Source: an uncultured delta proteobacterium (GTDB taxonomy: Bacteria; Myxococcota_A; Polyangia; Fen-1088). Taken from it: a stretch of 64,000 bases of DNA. Positions within the stretch are counted from its first letter, which is position 1. The number at the start of each line of letters is the position of its first letter. The stretch spans positions 1,984,001 through 2,048,000 of the forward strand of contig CAVYGB010000002.1 in assembly GCA_963767925.1 (NCBI GenBank), given 5' to 3'. Shown piece after piece: positions 20,666 to 31,529 of the stretch. The notes under the pieces were generated by a model. The model saw only the letters and a program-made list of their open reading frames with translations. It was not told where the DNA came from and made no database searches. The translations under genes were made by a program, and so were the position numbers.

Positions 20666-22918
20666 ATGGCCTCCGAGTGGCCAGAGGGAACCGAGGCGCC
20701 TCCCGGACTGGGTGGCTACCGCCTCCTGCAGCAGCTCGGGCAGCGCGGCCGGGCGGCCACCTTCCTGGCTCGGCGGAGCGGGGCGGACGGGGTCGAGAAG
20801 ACCTTCGCCTTCAAGTGCCTGTTCGACGCGCTCGAGGGCTCGGCCGAGCTCGAGGCGCGGCTGCTGGACGAATGCCGGCGGGTGGCCGCCCTACGCCATC
20901 CCAGCATCGCCGAGGTCTACGACTTCGGGGCCAGCGACGGGACCTTCTACGTCGCCATGGAGCACGTCGACGGCCGCGACCTGGGGGCCATCCAGCGCCG
21001 CCTGCGCGAGCTGGGCCGCAAGATGCCGCTCGGGATCGCCCTGCGGCTGGCGGCCGACGTCTGTGCCGCGCTCGAGCACGCCCACGGCCGCACCGACGAG
21101 GTGGGCGCCCCGCAGCCATTGGTGCACGGGGGCGTCTCGCCCGCGAACGTCATGGTGACCCGGGAGGGGGTGGTCAAGCTGCTCGACTTCGCCACCGCCC
21201 GGGTCATGGGCGAGCGGCAGCCCGGACGCTCCGGGACGAACCCCGAGGAGCAGCCCGCCTTCCTGGCCCCCGAGCAGCTCCGCAGCGAGGGCGCCAGCTC
21301 CGGCGTCAGCGTGGGCGCCAGCGTCAGGGACGACGCCCGCGTCGACGTGTACGGGCTGGGCGCCGTCCTCTACCTCCTGCTCACCGACCGCCGCGCCTCG
21401 GACGAACCGCGCGACCTGAGGGCCCTGCGCCCCGAGTTGCCCGAGTCGGTGGTCGAGCTGACCCGCCGCGCGCTCGAGCCCGATCGGGAGCGCCGCTTCG
21501 CCAGCGCCACGGAGATGGGGCGGGCCCTGGGGGCCGAGCTGACTTTGCTGGCCCCCACCACAGGCCCGGCCAAGGTGGCCACCTTCGTCACCGATCTGTT
21601 CGCACCCGAGGCGTCCCGCGCGGTGAGCATGGTGGCCACCCGCATGGGATTGCCGGCCGTGACCATGCCCCTTCCCACCCTGCCGGCCGCCGCCCCGGCC
21701 CCCGACGCGCCGGCGAGCGCGCCCGCGGCGTTCGACTCCCTCCCGCCGGCGCCGCAGGTGAAGCCACAGCCGATACCGGCGGTGCCGTTCGAGGCCCTGC
21801 CGAAGCCGCAGCCGCTGTCGTCGTCGTACGACCCCCTCCCGCTCCCGCCGGAGCCAGCGCCAGCGAGCGTCATCGCGTACGGCGCCCTCCCGATGCCAGC
21901 ACTGGCCAGGCCGCAGGCGGTGCCCGGGACCGCGTTCGACCCGGCCAAGCCGCAGGCGTCGGGGGCGTTCGACGTCGCCAAGCCGCAGCCGCAACCGCAG
22001 CCGTCGGGGGCGTTCGACCTGAAGCCACAGGCGTCGGGGGCGTTCGACCTGAAGCCGGCGGCGTCGGGGGCGCTCGACCGGCACCGGCACCGGCAGGGGC
22101 AGCCGGAAGCGGCGATCCTGCTGGAGCGGGCGGTGCGCGTTGAGAAGACCGAACGTGCCGAGCGGCGCGATCGGCGCGCCACCCAGGGCATCCCCCTGCT
22201 CAACATCCGGCGGCGCTTTCGCCGCAAGCGGACCCTTTTGACGGTGTCGGCCCTCGCCGCGCTGGCCATCGTGCTGACGGGGGCCTTCGCCCTCCGCCGG
22301 GGCACCCCCCACCCCGACCCGCAGCCCGGGAGCCTGCCCGCCCCCGCCGCAACTGCGCCCGATCCCATCCCCCCTTCGCCGCTGACCCCGCCCTTGCCGG
22401 TCGCCGCGCCACCGCCCGCCCCCCCTGCGCCGGTGGCCCCGCTCGCCGCGGCCCCTCCGGAGACCCCTCCTGCGGTCCCGCCGGCCGTGACTCCCCCGGA
22501 AGGACCCCCTCCCGCCCCACCCACCTCCTCGACCCGGGCCGCGCTCCCGCCCCTCGACGATCCGATGGAGCTCCCTTCGGCCGAGCCCACCCGTCGCGCG
22601 CCCCCTCTGACCGGTCCGGGCGGCGTGTTCGACGGCCGGGTCCTGCAGAAGATCGTGCGCAAAGCCCGCGTGAAGTTCGCCCGCTGCCTCGCCTACCACG
22701 GCGAGAGCCAGGCCAAATCCCGCCGCCAGCTGGCAGTCTTCCTGCGTGTCGCCAGCACCGGCAAGGTCACCGCCGCCGACGTGAACCTGGTGGGCGTGAC
22801 CGACGAGCCCCTGGCCACCTGCCTGGAACGCGAAGCCTCCCGCCTCCGCTTCCCCCGCCACCCCGAGAAGGAAGTCCGCTTCTCCTTCCCCGTCTCCGGC
22901 ACCCGCCCCCTCCGCTAG
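20666..22918 (+). CDS. Membrane Ser/Thr pseudokinase with a C-terminal AgmX/TonB-C-like domain
   Basis: Kinase fold (FAFK, HPSIAEVYDFG, MEHVDG, APEQ) but VHGGVSPAN replaces HRD and DFA replaces DFG; Pro-rich linker, TM, LATCL..LRFP. Confidence 0.85.
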   Translation: MASEWPEGTEAPPGLGGYRLLQQLGQRGRAATFLARRSGADGVEKTFAFKCLFDALEGSAELEARLLDECRRVAALRHPSIAEVYDFGASDGTFYVAMEHVDGRDLGAIQRRLRELGRKMPLGIALRLAADVCAALEHAHGRTDEVGAPQPLVHGGVSPANVMVTREGVVKLLDFATARVMGERQPGRSGTNPEEQPAFLAPEQLRSEGASSGVSVGASVRDDARVDVYGLGAVLYLLLTDRRASDEPRDLRALRPELPESVVELTRRALEPDRERRFASATEMGRALGAELTLLAPTTGPAKVATFVTDLFAPEASRAVSMVATRMGLPAVTMPLPTLPAAAPAPDAPASAPAAFDSLPPAPQVKPQPIPAVPFEALPKPQPLSSSYDPLPLPPEPAPASVIAYGALPMPALARPQAVPGTAFDPAKPQASGAFDVAKPQPQPQPSGAFDLKPQASGAFDLKPAASGALDRHRHRQGQPEAAILLERAVRVEKTERAERRDRRATQGIPLLNIRRRFRRKRTLLTVSALAALAIVLTGAFALRRGTPHPDPQPGSLPAPAATAPDPIPPSPLTPPLPVAAPPPAPPAPVAPLAAAPPETPPAVPPAVTPPEGPPPAPPTSSTRAALPPLDDPMELPSAEPTRRAPPLTGPGGVFDGRVLQKIVRKARVKFARCLAYHGESQAKSRRQLAVFLRVASTGKVTAADVNLVGVTDEPLATCLEREASRLRFPRHPEKEVRFSFPVSGTRPLR

Positions 22919-22980
22919 CGATTTTTTCGCTCCGACTTCTTCGTCTCCGTCCCCGCCCTTCCCCCCCCCACGCCCCCCGT

Positions 22981-24243
22981 TCACTCCGCCTCCAGATCCT
23001 CCCGCGGCTTGAGCACCCTCGGCTCCCCCGCCCGGTGCAAAAACGCCACGAACACCGGCACCGGCCCCTCCCCCTTCCCGAACGCCGGCGGTGGCGGCGG
23101 AAACCGGATCCCCGGCTTCACCCAGGCCACCGCTCCGCTATCGAGGAAGTCCACCCCTGCCGAGGCGACAACCACCCCGTCGACGAGCACCCCCTGCCGA
23201 TCGAGCCGCAGCCGCACGACCGTCTTGCGCTCCACCTCGGACGTCGCGGCGAAGGCCTGCGAGGGGCGCCAGTGCTCGGCGATGGCGTGGTGGAGCTTGT
23301 TGGCGAAGCGGAACAGCCCCACGTCGAGGTGAAACGAGCAGCGCACATCGAACCCGCCGCTCGCATCGACGAGCTCGTCGGGCAGGGGGGGCATCGGCTG
23401 CATGCGGGCGACGGTCCCCTGGGCCTCGTGATCGAGGTCGGGGATGCCCGACGAGTCCTTCAGCTCGGCCCGCTCGACCGTGCCGTTGGCGCGCAGGCGG
23501 ACCTGCAGCCCGGAGACGAACATCGACCCCTCGAGCCTCCCCGTCGGGTCGACGCGGGCGTAGACCTCACCCGCCCGCCAGGCGGCGCGCAGGTGGCGCT
23601 TGAGCTGGGCCAGGAACAGCGAGCGCGGGGAGGGGACCGGCGTGCCGGTGCTGGGCGCGCTCTCCGGCGGTGGCGCCGGCACGGCCTTCTCGGGCGCGGC
23701 TGCCGGCGGCGCCGAGGCGGCGGCGGTCGGGCTGCCCGCCCGTGACGCCCGCCGGACCGCCCGGCGGGCCGGCCCTGGCCGGGTCGCGCCTTCCCCGGCG
23801 GGTCGCACCTGCGCGGGCGCCGGATCCACGCCGGCCACCTGGATCGAGTCGATGGCGCTCGCCGCCGCGCCGGAGGCGCTCGCTGCGCCCGTGACGCTCG
23901 CTGCTGCGCCGACGGCGCTCGGCTCGCCCCCGGTGGTACTCGCCCCGGCGCCGAGAGCGGGTGGCCCCTGGGCCAGGGCCTCGGCCAGCGCGCTCTCGTC
24001 GGCGCTGCTGATGCGGATGATTTCGTGGGGGTCGACGTCGACGTTGGCGATGCCGCCGCCGGGGAGCGTGCTGCCCGCCCGGGTCACGAACGCGGCGAGG
24101 CCGGCGAGGGCGAGCAGGTGGCAGGCCGCCGACAGCGCAAAGCCCAGCCCCATCCGTCGGCCGGTGCCGCGGCGGCGAACGTTAGGCTGTGGCTCCCAGG
24201 CTGGCAGGCCCAGCGCGGGGAGCGGTTCCGTCCGGGAACCCAT
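22981..24243 (-). CDS. TonB-family protein with two TonB C-terminal domains
   Basis: N-terminal SAACH anchor; SSGIPDLD and SAGVDFLD motifs. Confidence 0.8.
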   Translation of the reverse strand: MGSRTEPLPALGLPAWEPQPNVRRRGTGRRMGLGFALSAACHLLALAGLAAFVTRAGSTLPGGGIANVDVDPHEIIRISSADESALAEALAQGPPALGAGASTTGGEPSAVGAAASVTGAASASGAAASAIDSIQVAGVDPAPAQVRPAGEGATRPGPARRAVRRASRAGSPTAAASAPPAAAPEKAVPAPPPESAPSTGTPVPSPRSLFLAQLKRHLRAAWRAGEVYARVDPTGRLEGSMFVSGLQVRLRANGTVERAELKDSSGIPDLDHEAQGTVARMQPMPPLPDELVDASGGFDVRCSFHLDVGLFRFANKLHHAIAEHWRPSQAFAATSEVERKTVVRLRLDRQGVLVDGVVVASAGVDFLDSGAVAWVKPGIRFPPPPPAFGKGEGPVPVFVAFLHRAGEPRVLKPREDLEAE

Positions 24244-24347
24244 GCTGCGGCCCTCCCTGGATGCATCTTACCCTCCGCCGGCCCGGAAAAGGGGAAGGGT
24301 GCCGCGCCGGCGGCCGCTGGGCCGGCGCGGCAGATTCGCCCGTTCCC

Positions 24348-25899
24348 TCAGTTCCCCGCGGCGGCGTCGCCAGCCGGGACGCCGGCATCGGCCGCCGGGA
24401 CGCCGGCATCGGCCGCCGGGACGCCGGCATCGGCCGCCGGGGCGTCGGGCCGCGTGCCCGCATCACCCGCCGGGATGCCCGCGTCGCCACCGGGCGCCGC
24501 ACCGCCGTAGCTCACGCGGTAGATGACCCCGTTGGTGTCCTCGGCGAGCAGCAGCGCCCCCGTGGGATTGACCGCCAGGCCGGCCGGCCGGCCCAGGTAG
24601 GTGCGGCCGGCGCTGTCGAGGAACCCGCTCAGGAAGTCCTCCACCACCGGGCCGGTGGTCTCGGGGCCGGTCTCGGAGAAGCGCACGCGCACGACCTTGT
24701 AGCCGGTAGGCACCGACCGGTTCCAGGAGCCGCGGAAGGCCACGAAGGCGTCCCCCCGGTATTCGGCCGGGAACTGGTTGCCCCGGTAAAACAGGAACCC
24801 GATGGGCGCGCTGTGGGCCTGGTACTCGAAGCGACTCGCCTCGGTGGTCGGGCAGTAGGTCTCCTTGCTGAGGTCCACGCGTGGCTGGTCCACCACCGGA
24901 TCGACCGAATTCTTCGCGTAGCAGAAGGGCCAGCCGTAAGTCTTGCCCGCCTCGATCAGGTTGATCTCGTCGGGCGGGATGTCGTCACCGAGGCCGTCCG
25001 AGCCGTGGTCCGAGCCCCACAGCGCTGCGGTCGTGGGGTGCCAGTCGAACCCGATTGTGTTGCGCAGGCCGCTGGCGAACACCCGCGGCGAGGTCATCGC
25101 CATCGGGCTGCGGGCCAATATGGGGTGCTGCGGGTTGGCCGGGTTGGCGCTGGCCGTGCCGGTCAGCTCGAGGCGCAGCAAGGTGGCGTGCTCCGGGTTG
25201 GTCTCCGCGCAGGCGTTGCAGCTGCTGCCGACGCTGACGTAGAGCTTTCCGTCGGGGCCCACCGCCAGGGTGCGGTTGGGGTGTTGCCCGCCGTCGGGCA
25301 GGTCGGTCAGCAGCGCCTGCACGCCGGTCAGGCGCCCGCCCGCCGGGGTCGCCGCCAGCACGCCCTTCACGGTGGCGAGGTAGACCCGCCCCATGTGGTA
25401 GCTGATGCCGTGCACGCCCATCAGCGCCGGCGTCTCCATCGCCGAGGCGGCGATGACCCGCTCGCCGTCGTCGCTGGCGTCGCCGTCGTTGTTGAGGTCG
25501 CGCAGGCGCAGGACCTGGCCCTGCTCGCGCAAGGTCACGTAGACGTCCCCCTCGGGAGCCACCGCCATCATGCGCGGGTTGCCCAGCCCGGAGGCGAACA
25601 CCTGCACCCGGAAGCCGGGCGGCACGCGCAACTCTTGCACCGAGGTGGCGGAGAACTCCCGCCGCTCGGGCCGGTTCGCGGTGATCAGTACCGGCGTCGC
25701 CGGTCGGGCCGTCGCTCGATCCCGGCCGCGCGTCGCCCGCGGGGGCGTCCACCACCCGCGCATCGGCTGCGCCCCGCGCGTCGGCGGCGCTGGCGTCGCG
25801 GACGCCGCCGCCGGGGCCGGGCTCGCCCTCGTCGTCACACGCCCCCCCGACCCCGACCGCCACCACCGCGAACAACCATCTCGACGCCTGTATCTTCAT
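24348..25899 (-). CDS. PQQ-dependent sugar (sorbosone) dehydrogenase family lipoprotein; one apparent frameshift near 25690
   Basis: FASGLRNTIG, PPDEIN, YGWPFC, AHSAPIG, RGSWNR, GRPAGL; lipoprotein N-terminus MKIQ...GAC lies in another frame. Confidence 0.85.
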
Positions 25900-26053
25900 G
25901 CCCCGGAGGTGGGGATTGCCCCCACCTGCGGCAAGCCGCCTCCCAAAAAGTGGCAGCCACCCCTAAGGACGGCTCTGACGGTCACCGCCCGGCCGAGCGA
26001 CTGATGCAGAAACAGCCGGTCGCTCGCCACGCTCGGGCCGGCCAGCGCGTCGG

Positions 26054-27769
26054 CTACGCGGCCGCCGTGTAGCGGGTCTCGATTGCGGTGCGGATGCGGG
26101 CCCGCGATTCGGTGGGGGGCCAGGGTGGCGTCCGCCTCGACCGCGGCCGCCTCCTTGGCCAGCTCGGGATCTTTGATCGCCTCCTGGAACCAGCGCGAGT
26201 AGTCCCGCTGCCGCAGGTGGTGCATCCAGGTGTCCTCGTCCACCCCCTCGGCCATCTGCACGAACAGCTCGAGGTTGTAGGCCCGCAGGTTGAGCCGGTC
26301 CTCTGGCCCCTTGAAGTAGAAGCTCTTGTCCGGGCCGAGCTGGCCGGCGGCGTATTTGCGCACGTGCCGCCGCCGCTCCGCCTTCGGCACCCGGCAGGTG
26401 ATGGCGATCGGCGGCTTGCCCCGGAACCAGACCACGGCGTGCCCCGGCTCGGGCGTCGCGGGCAGCGGCCGGGGCGCCTTGTCCCCCAGGATCCCGGCCA
26501 GCTCCCCGAGGGCGTCGGGGGCCAGCTTGCCGAAGGTGACCGCCCCCTCCACCTCGGTCAGCAGCGCCGGCAGCACGTGACCGGGGTGCACCGTGATGTA
26601 GAGCAGGCCCCGGGACCCGTCGGGCAGGCTCAGCCCGCTGGCCTGGCGGCTGGCGGGCGCCACGTGGTGGGTCTCGTCGACGACGATCCAGTGGGGGCGG
26701 CCGGTCCGCGCGCGCAGCTCCAGCAGGCGCGGCAGCAGCGACTCGAAGTAGGCGGGCCGGTCCTCGAGGGGCACCCCCACCAGCGACACGTTCACGTTCT
26801 GGCGGGGCCGGGACAGCAGCTCGAGCACCTCGGAGACCGAAGGGGCGGCCCTGGCGTCCCCCAGGGTCATGGCCGAGGGGAAGATCGCGCATGTCCCCCT
26901 CGGGATCGATGATGCAGGTCTGGTAGCCCCGCTCGTCGAGCGCCTCGATGAAGGCGGTTGCCAGGCTGGACTTGCCCGCGCCCGAGCTGCCCGCGAACAG
27001 CAGCGGGCGCTGGTACGGAGAGACCGAGACGGTGGTCCCCACCGGGTCGGTGCCGAGGGGGATGGCGTGGCGGGCCAGCACCTGCTGCGAGGAGGCCAGG
27101 TCGTCCTCGATGATCTGCCCGATCAGCTCCTCGACCCCGCCGCCGTGGTCGGCCTTTGTCACCAGGTCGGCGCGCTGCCTTGACCGAGGGCAGGGCGTTG
27201 GCCACGGCCACTCCGCACTCGCAGCACCGACAGGAAGGCGTGGTCGTTCTCGGCGTCCCCCACCCCCACGGCGTTGCGCGGGCGACAGCTCGAGGTCCTC
27301 GAGCGCGGCCTGCAGCCCGGTGGCCTTGTTCAGGCCCGACGGCAGCACCATGACCGCGCCCTTGTTGAAGATCACCTGCAGCTCGAGCCCCATCTCCCGG
27401 ATCAGCTCGAGCACCTCCACCTCGTGCGGCTCCCAGGTGGCCACGATGACGTGACCGGCGCCGACCGAGACCGGCACGCGTTCTCTCAGCCGCTCGGTGA
27501 ACAGGAGGGCGGGCGGCTCGCCCAGGGCCCGGATCGCCCTGGTGGAAGGGGGTGTAGAGCAGGGCCCCGTTCTCCGCCACCACCCGGTCGAACACCCGGT
27601 CCACCTCGGGGAAGTTGGCCTGCAGGTCGTCGAGCTGGCGGCCGGTGACCATGACCAGCTTGCGCCCGGAGGCCTTCAGCTTGTGCAGGGCGGCCACGGT
27701 GGAGGGCGCCATCCGGCCGTGATGGGCCAACGTGCCGTCGTAATCGGCAGCGAGCACACGAAATCGCAT
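26054..27769 (-). pseudogene. HAD-IIB (Cof-like) hydrolase fused to a P-loop ATPase, with about 5 frameshifts
   Basis: DYDGTLA, VTGR, NKATGL, GDAEND, GSSGAGKS, IIDPEGD and IVVDETHH are spread over three frames. Confidence 0.8.
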
Positions 27770-27776
27770 CCGACAG

Positions 27777-28154
27777 TTATGGGTTCCGCGGGCGGAGCTG
27801 GCTCGTTACACGTTTGCCATCGGCCAGCCTGGTCACCAGGTCGGTGAGCTGCTGCTGCTCGCCGCTGTCGGCCACCGTCCCCGCCACCTCGATCCCGCTC
27901 TCCTCCACGACGATGTGGACGTCGCTGAGGTCGATCTCGGTGGCCTGGGCCAGCCGCTCGCGGAGCTGCTCCCCCTCGTCCGCCCCCGGCCGGGCGTGGC
28001 CCCCGTGTTCGCCCGGACGGAGCTGCTCGGGCAGCTCGGGGCCCAGGCGGCCGTGGATACGGAACCGGTGCCCGGCGTTAGCCCCTTCGGGCTCGTCGCC
28101 CGCCGGGTCGGAGGTGCCATGCTCGGCTTCCCAGACGCTGGAGGTGGTTGCCAT
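27777..28154 (-). CDS. BON-domain protein
   Basis: IDLSDVHIVV...EVAGTV...VTSQL. Confidence 0.65.
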   Translation of the reverse strand: MATTSSVWEAEHGTSDPAGDEPEGANAGHRFRIHGRLGPELPEQLRPGEHGGHARPGADEGEQLRERLAQATEIDLSDVHIVVEESGIEVAGTVADSGEQQQLTDLVTRLADGKRVTSQLRPRNP

Positions 28155-28390
28155 GATTGCCGAAACATGCGGGTGACCCCATCTCCTGGCAAGGAGTGAC
28201 CGAAGGAGCCCTGAAGGGTGCCCCTGGGCGAGACCGGTTTGGGCGCGGGCGTCGCGAACCGGAAGAGGCGGTTACCACTGGGAATCGGCAGTTACTCCGA
28301 CGTAACGGTCGCCCCCGCCGAAAGCCGCGACAACCCGTGGCTGTAGGGCGTTGTCGGGCTGGCCCGGAACATGAATGAGGGCCAGACGAC

Positions 28391-29467
28391 ATGAAGAACG
28401 AAAGCAACGAACTCGAAATGGGGGAGGCTCCGGGTAAGGGGCGGTCTTCGCGCCTGGCGATGCGGATCCGCCGGGCGGCTCAGCTCGCCTCGCGCGCGAA
28501 AGCCAAGACGTCTTCCGAGCCTCGAGAGGTTGTCCAGTTTCCCGCCGCCGACGGGACCCAGCCGGCCAAGCCGAAGGCCACCCGGTCCGCCGCGGCCCGA
28601 GCGCCCAGCGTGGGAACGGCCAGCGTCTTTCACCGCTACCTGCGCAGCCTGCACGCCGCCGAGGTCCTCCCGAACGAGGAGGAGAAGCGGCTGGCGCTCA
28701 TTTATCAGGCGACCAAGGACTCCGACGCCGCCGGCCGCCTCGTGCGGGGGAACCTCCGCCTGGTGGTGAAGATCGCCGAGGAGTACAGCCGCAACGAGGA
28801 CCAGCTCATGGACCTCATCCAGGAGGGCAACATGGGCCTCCTGCACGCGCTCGAGAAGTTCGATCCCAACCGGGGGGTCAAGCTCTCGTCGTACGCCGCC
28901 TGGTGGGTTCGGGCTTACATCCTGCGGTTCGTCCTCGGGAACTTCCGCATCGTCCGTCTGGGGACCACCCTGGCCCAGCGCAAGCTGTTCTACCGGCTCC
29001 GCCGGGAGCGCGAGCGGCTCGAGCGCAAGGGGGTCGAGGCCGACGTGAACCAGCTCGCCGATGCCTTGCAGGTGCGCCCCAGCGACGTCTCCGAGATGGA
29101 GCTGCGGCTGGCCTCGCCCGAGGTGTCGCTCGACGCCACCCCCCGCAACGACCGGCCCCACGCCACCTCCAACGTCGTGCCGGCCGACCCGTCCGTCCGC
29201 CCGGACCTGCAGCTCGAGAAGTCCGAGTTCCACGGCCGCCTCAAGAACTTCGTGGCCCGCTTCAGCGAGGGCCTGTCGGGTCGGGAGCGTCAGATCTTCT
29301 CCGACCGGCTGATCAGCGACCACCCGCTCACCCTGCGGGAGCTGGGCCGCCGCTACGGCGTCAGCCGCGAGCGCGCCCGCCAGCTCGAGTCGCGCCTGAA
29401 GGAGAAGATCCGCGTCTACCTCGAGTCCGAGTTCGCCGACGCCGGGGTCCTGGAGGAGGCGGCCTGA
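28391..29467 (+). CDS. rpoH: RNA polymerase sigma factor, RpoH/sigma32 family
   Basis: NLRLVVKIA, DLIQEGNMGL, YAAWWVRAYI, RpoH box GTTLAQRKLFYRL, VSRERARQLE. Confidence 0.9.
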   Translation: MKNESNELEMGEAPGKGRSSRLAMRIRRAAQLASRAKAKTSSEPREVVQFPAADGTQPAKPKATRSAAARAPSVGTASVFHRYLRSLHAAEVLPNEEEKRLALIYQATKDSDAAGRLVRGNLRLVVKIAEEYSRNEDQLMDLIQEGNMGLLHALEKFDPNRGVKLSSYAAWWVRAYILRFVLGNFRIVRLGTTLAQRKLFYRLRRERERLERKGVEADVNQLADALQVRPSDVSEMELRLASPEVSLDATPRNDRPHATSNVVPADPSVRPDLQLEKSEFHGRLKNFVARFSEGLSGRERQIFSDRLISDHPLTLRELGRRYGVSRERARQLESRLKEKIRVYLESEFADAGVLEEAA

Positions 29468-29887
29468 GCGGGCCGCCCCTCGCCAGGGCGTGATCGGGAC
29501 CGGCGGAGGATGCGGATCGCGGAAGTCAGTCCGCTCCACGAAGTGTTCCGCCCCGGCTGTACGGGAGGACGGAGCAAGTGCTCTCCTTCCTGACCGACGA
29601 GCCGGTCCGACAAGGCCACGACGTCACCTGTTCGCGAGCGGCGACTGGCAGACCGGCGCCCGCCTGGTGCCCGGCCGCCCCCGGTCGCTTCGGCTCGACC
29701 CCGCCTGCCAGGACTCTGCCGGGAGACGTTCGAGCGCCGGTTCACCGCGGCCCGGATGGCCGACGCAGCCCGTGGGGCGGCCGGGAGAACACCAGCCGGG
29801 TCTGGCGCAGCCAGTCCGGGGAGCGCGAAAACCTCCCTCGAACCCACCGCGAGCCCCTCGGATGATGACCGGGGCACCTGGCTGATC

Positions 29888-29935
29888 GTTCGCCCTCGCC
29901 CCGCGGCGGCGGGGAGAGGGTCGGGGTGAGGGCCT
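29888..29935 (+). repeat. Dispersed REP-like palindrome, copy 2
   Basis: Near-identical to 20191-20238. Confidence 0.75.
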
Positions 29936-30131
29936 CCGGCGTTCGCCGGCGACCGATCGGTGCCCTTTGTCGCGACCCGGGCCGGGCGGGGCAGGCCGAG
30001 GCCGCTCCCGCTCCCGGCCCCGGCCCCAAGACCCCGTGCAAAATCCTCGCCGCAGCCGGTCTAACGCGCTGGCGCTCGGAACAAACCCTGTATAGTGCCG
30101 TGTCACTCCCGGCTGTTGAAAAGGAGTCGAT

Positions 30132-31460
30132 ATGCGCGCGCCACCTGCTCTCCGCGTCTTCCTCCCGCTGGTCTGCCTGGCCGCCGCATCGGTCGCCGGC
30201 TGCGCCGCGGAGCCGGAGCCCGACTCGCTCGCCACCGGGCCCGAGGTCGAGGCGGTCTCGGCGCCCATCGTCGGTGGCACCCGGCAGATGGCCTGCCAGT
30301 GGCCCACCGCGGTCGGCGCGCTCGGCTGCACCAGCACCCTGGTGCACCCGCTGGTGATCACCACCGCCGACCACTGCGTGGCGGGTGGCGGCCCCCGCGC
30401 CATCACCTTCGGTGAGACCTGGAACGGCGCCGGCGTGGTACGCCGGGTCAACGTGCGCCGCTGCTTCCGGGGCACCACCAGCGGCGTGCGCGGCGACTTC
30501 GGCTTCTGCGTGCTGGCCGAGCCGGTGACCGACGTGCCGATCGTGCCGATCCTGTTCGGGTGCGAGACCGCCGTGCTCAAGGCCGGGCAGAAGGCGACGC
30601 TGGTCGGCTACGGCCGGCTCAACGGCACCAGCAACGCCGCCGGCACCAAGTTCGCGGTCGAGGTCGACATCAACCGCGTGCAGGGCAACGACATCCTGGT
30701 CGGCAACGCCACCTCCAGCGCCTGCAACGGCGACTCGGGCGGCCCGGCCTTCGTGAAGCTGGCCGACGGCACCTGGCGGGTGTTCGGCGCCACCAGCCGC
30801 GGCGCGGCCCGCTGCAACGCCGCCACCATCTACACGTTGATCCACCCCTTCGTCCCCTGGATGGAGCGGACCTCGGGCATCGACGTCACCCCCTGCCACG
30901 ACGCCGACGGCCGCTGGAACCCCGGCCCCGCCTGTCGCAACTTCCCGGTCAACCCCGAGGCGACCAACGGCGCCTGGACGGCCATGTGCAACAGCGTGAC
31001 CAAGGGTCCGCTGGGGGCCACCTGCGGCGAGCCCTTCGACGGCGAGGTCCCCGACGGCGGCCCCGTCTTCCCGCTGCCGCCCGACGGCGGAGCCGGCGAC
31101 GGCCGCCGCGACACCAGCGCGCCCGGCGATGCCCGTCCCGCCGACGCCTCGCCGCCCGACAGCACCCCGGCCGACACGGCGCCGCCGCCGCCCGATCTGG
31201 CCCCCGACACGCCCGTCTACCAGGAGATCGACGCGGCTCCGCCACCCCCTCTGGCAGCGCCCGTGGCGCCACCGCCCGCACCCGCCCCCGCGTCGGCTCC
31301 CCCGGTTGCCGAGCCGGTCGTGCCGCAGATCGAGTCGGTGCCGCCGGGCTGCCAGTGCAACCTGGCGCCCGGGCAGGGCGGACCGGGCGGCTCCGCGCTG
31401 CTGCTCACCCTGGCCGGCGCGTTCGGGCTGACCCTCCGCCGCCGTCGCCGCCGGAAGTAA
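30132..31460 (+). CDS. Trypsin-like (S1) serine protease lipoprotein with a MYXO-CTERM-like tail
   Basis: PIVGG, TADHC, GDSGGP; C-terminal GCQC...LLLTLAGAFGLTLRRRRRRK. Confidence 0.93.
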   Translation: MRAPPALRVFLPLVCLAAASVAGCAAEPEPDSLATGPEVEAVSAPIVGGTRQMACQWPTAVGALGCTSTLVHPLVITTADHCVAGGGPRAITFGETWNGAGVVRRVNVRRCFRGTTSGVRGDFGFCVLAEPVTDVPIVPILFGCETAVLKAGQKATLVGYGRLNGTSNAAGTKFAVEVDINRVQGNDILVGNATSSACNGDSGGPAFVKLADGTWRVFGATSRGAARCNAATIYTLIHPFVPWMERTSGIDVTPCHDADGRWNPGPACRNFPVNPEATNGAWTAMCNSVTKGPLGATCGEPFDGEVPDGGPVFPLPPDGGAGDGRRDTSAPGDARPADASPPDSTPADTAPPPPDLAPDTPVYQEIDAAPPPPLAAPVAPPPAPAPASAPPVAEPVVPQIESVPPGCQCNLAPGQGGPGGSALLLTLAGAFGLTLRRRRRRK

Positions 31461-31503
31461 TGCCGGGCCGTTCGGGCTGACCCTCCGGCGCCGTCGCCGC
31501 CGG
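31420..31503 (+). repeat. 35-bp direct duplication of the protease gene 3' end
   Basis: CGTTCGGGCTGACCCTCCG(C/G)CGCCGTCGCCGCCGG at 31420 and 31469. Confidence 0.85.
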
Positions 31504-31529
31504 GTGTGATCAGGATCGCCGCCGGGTGC

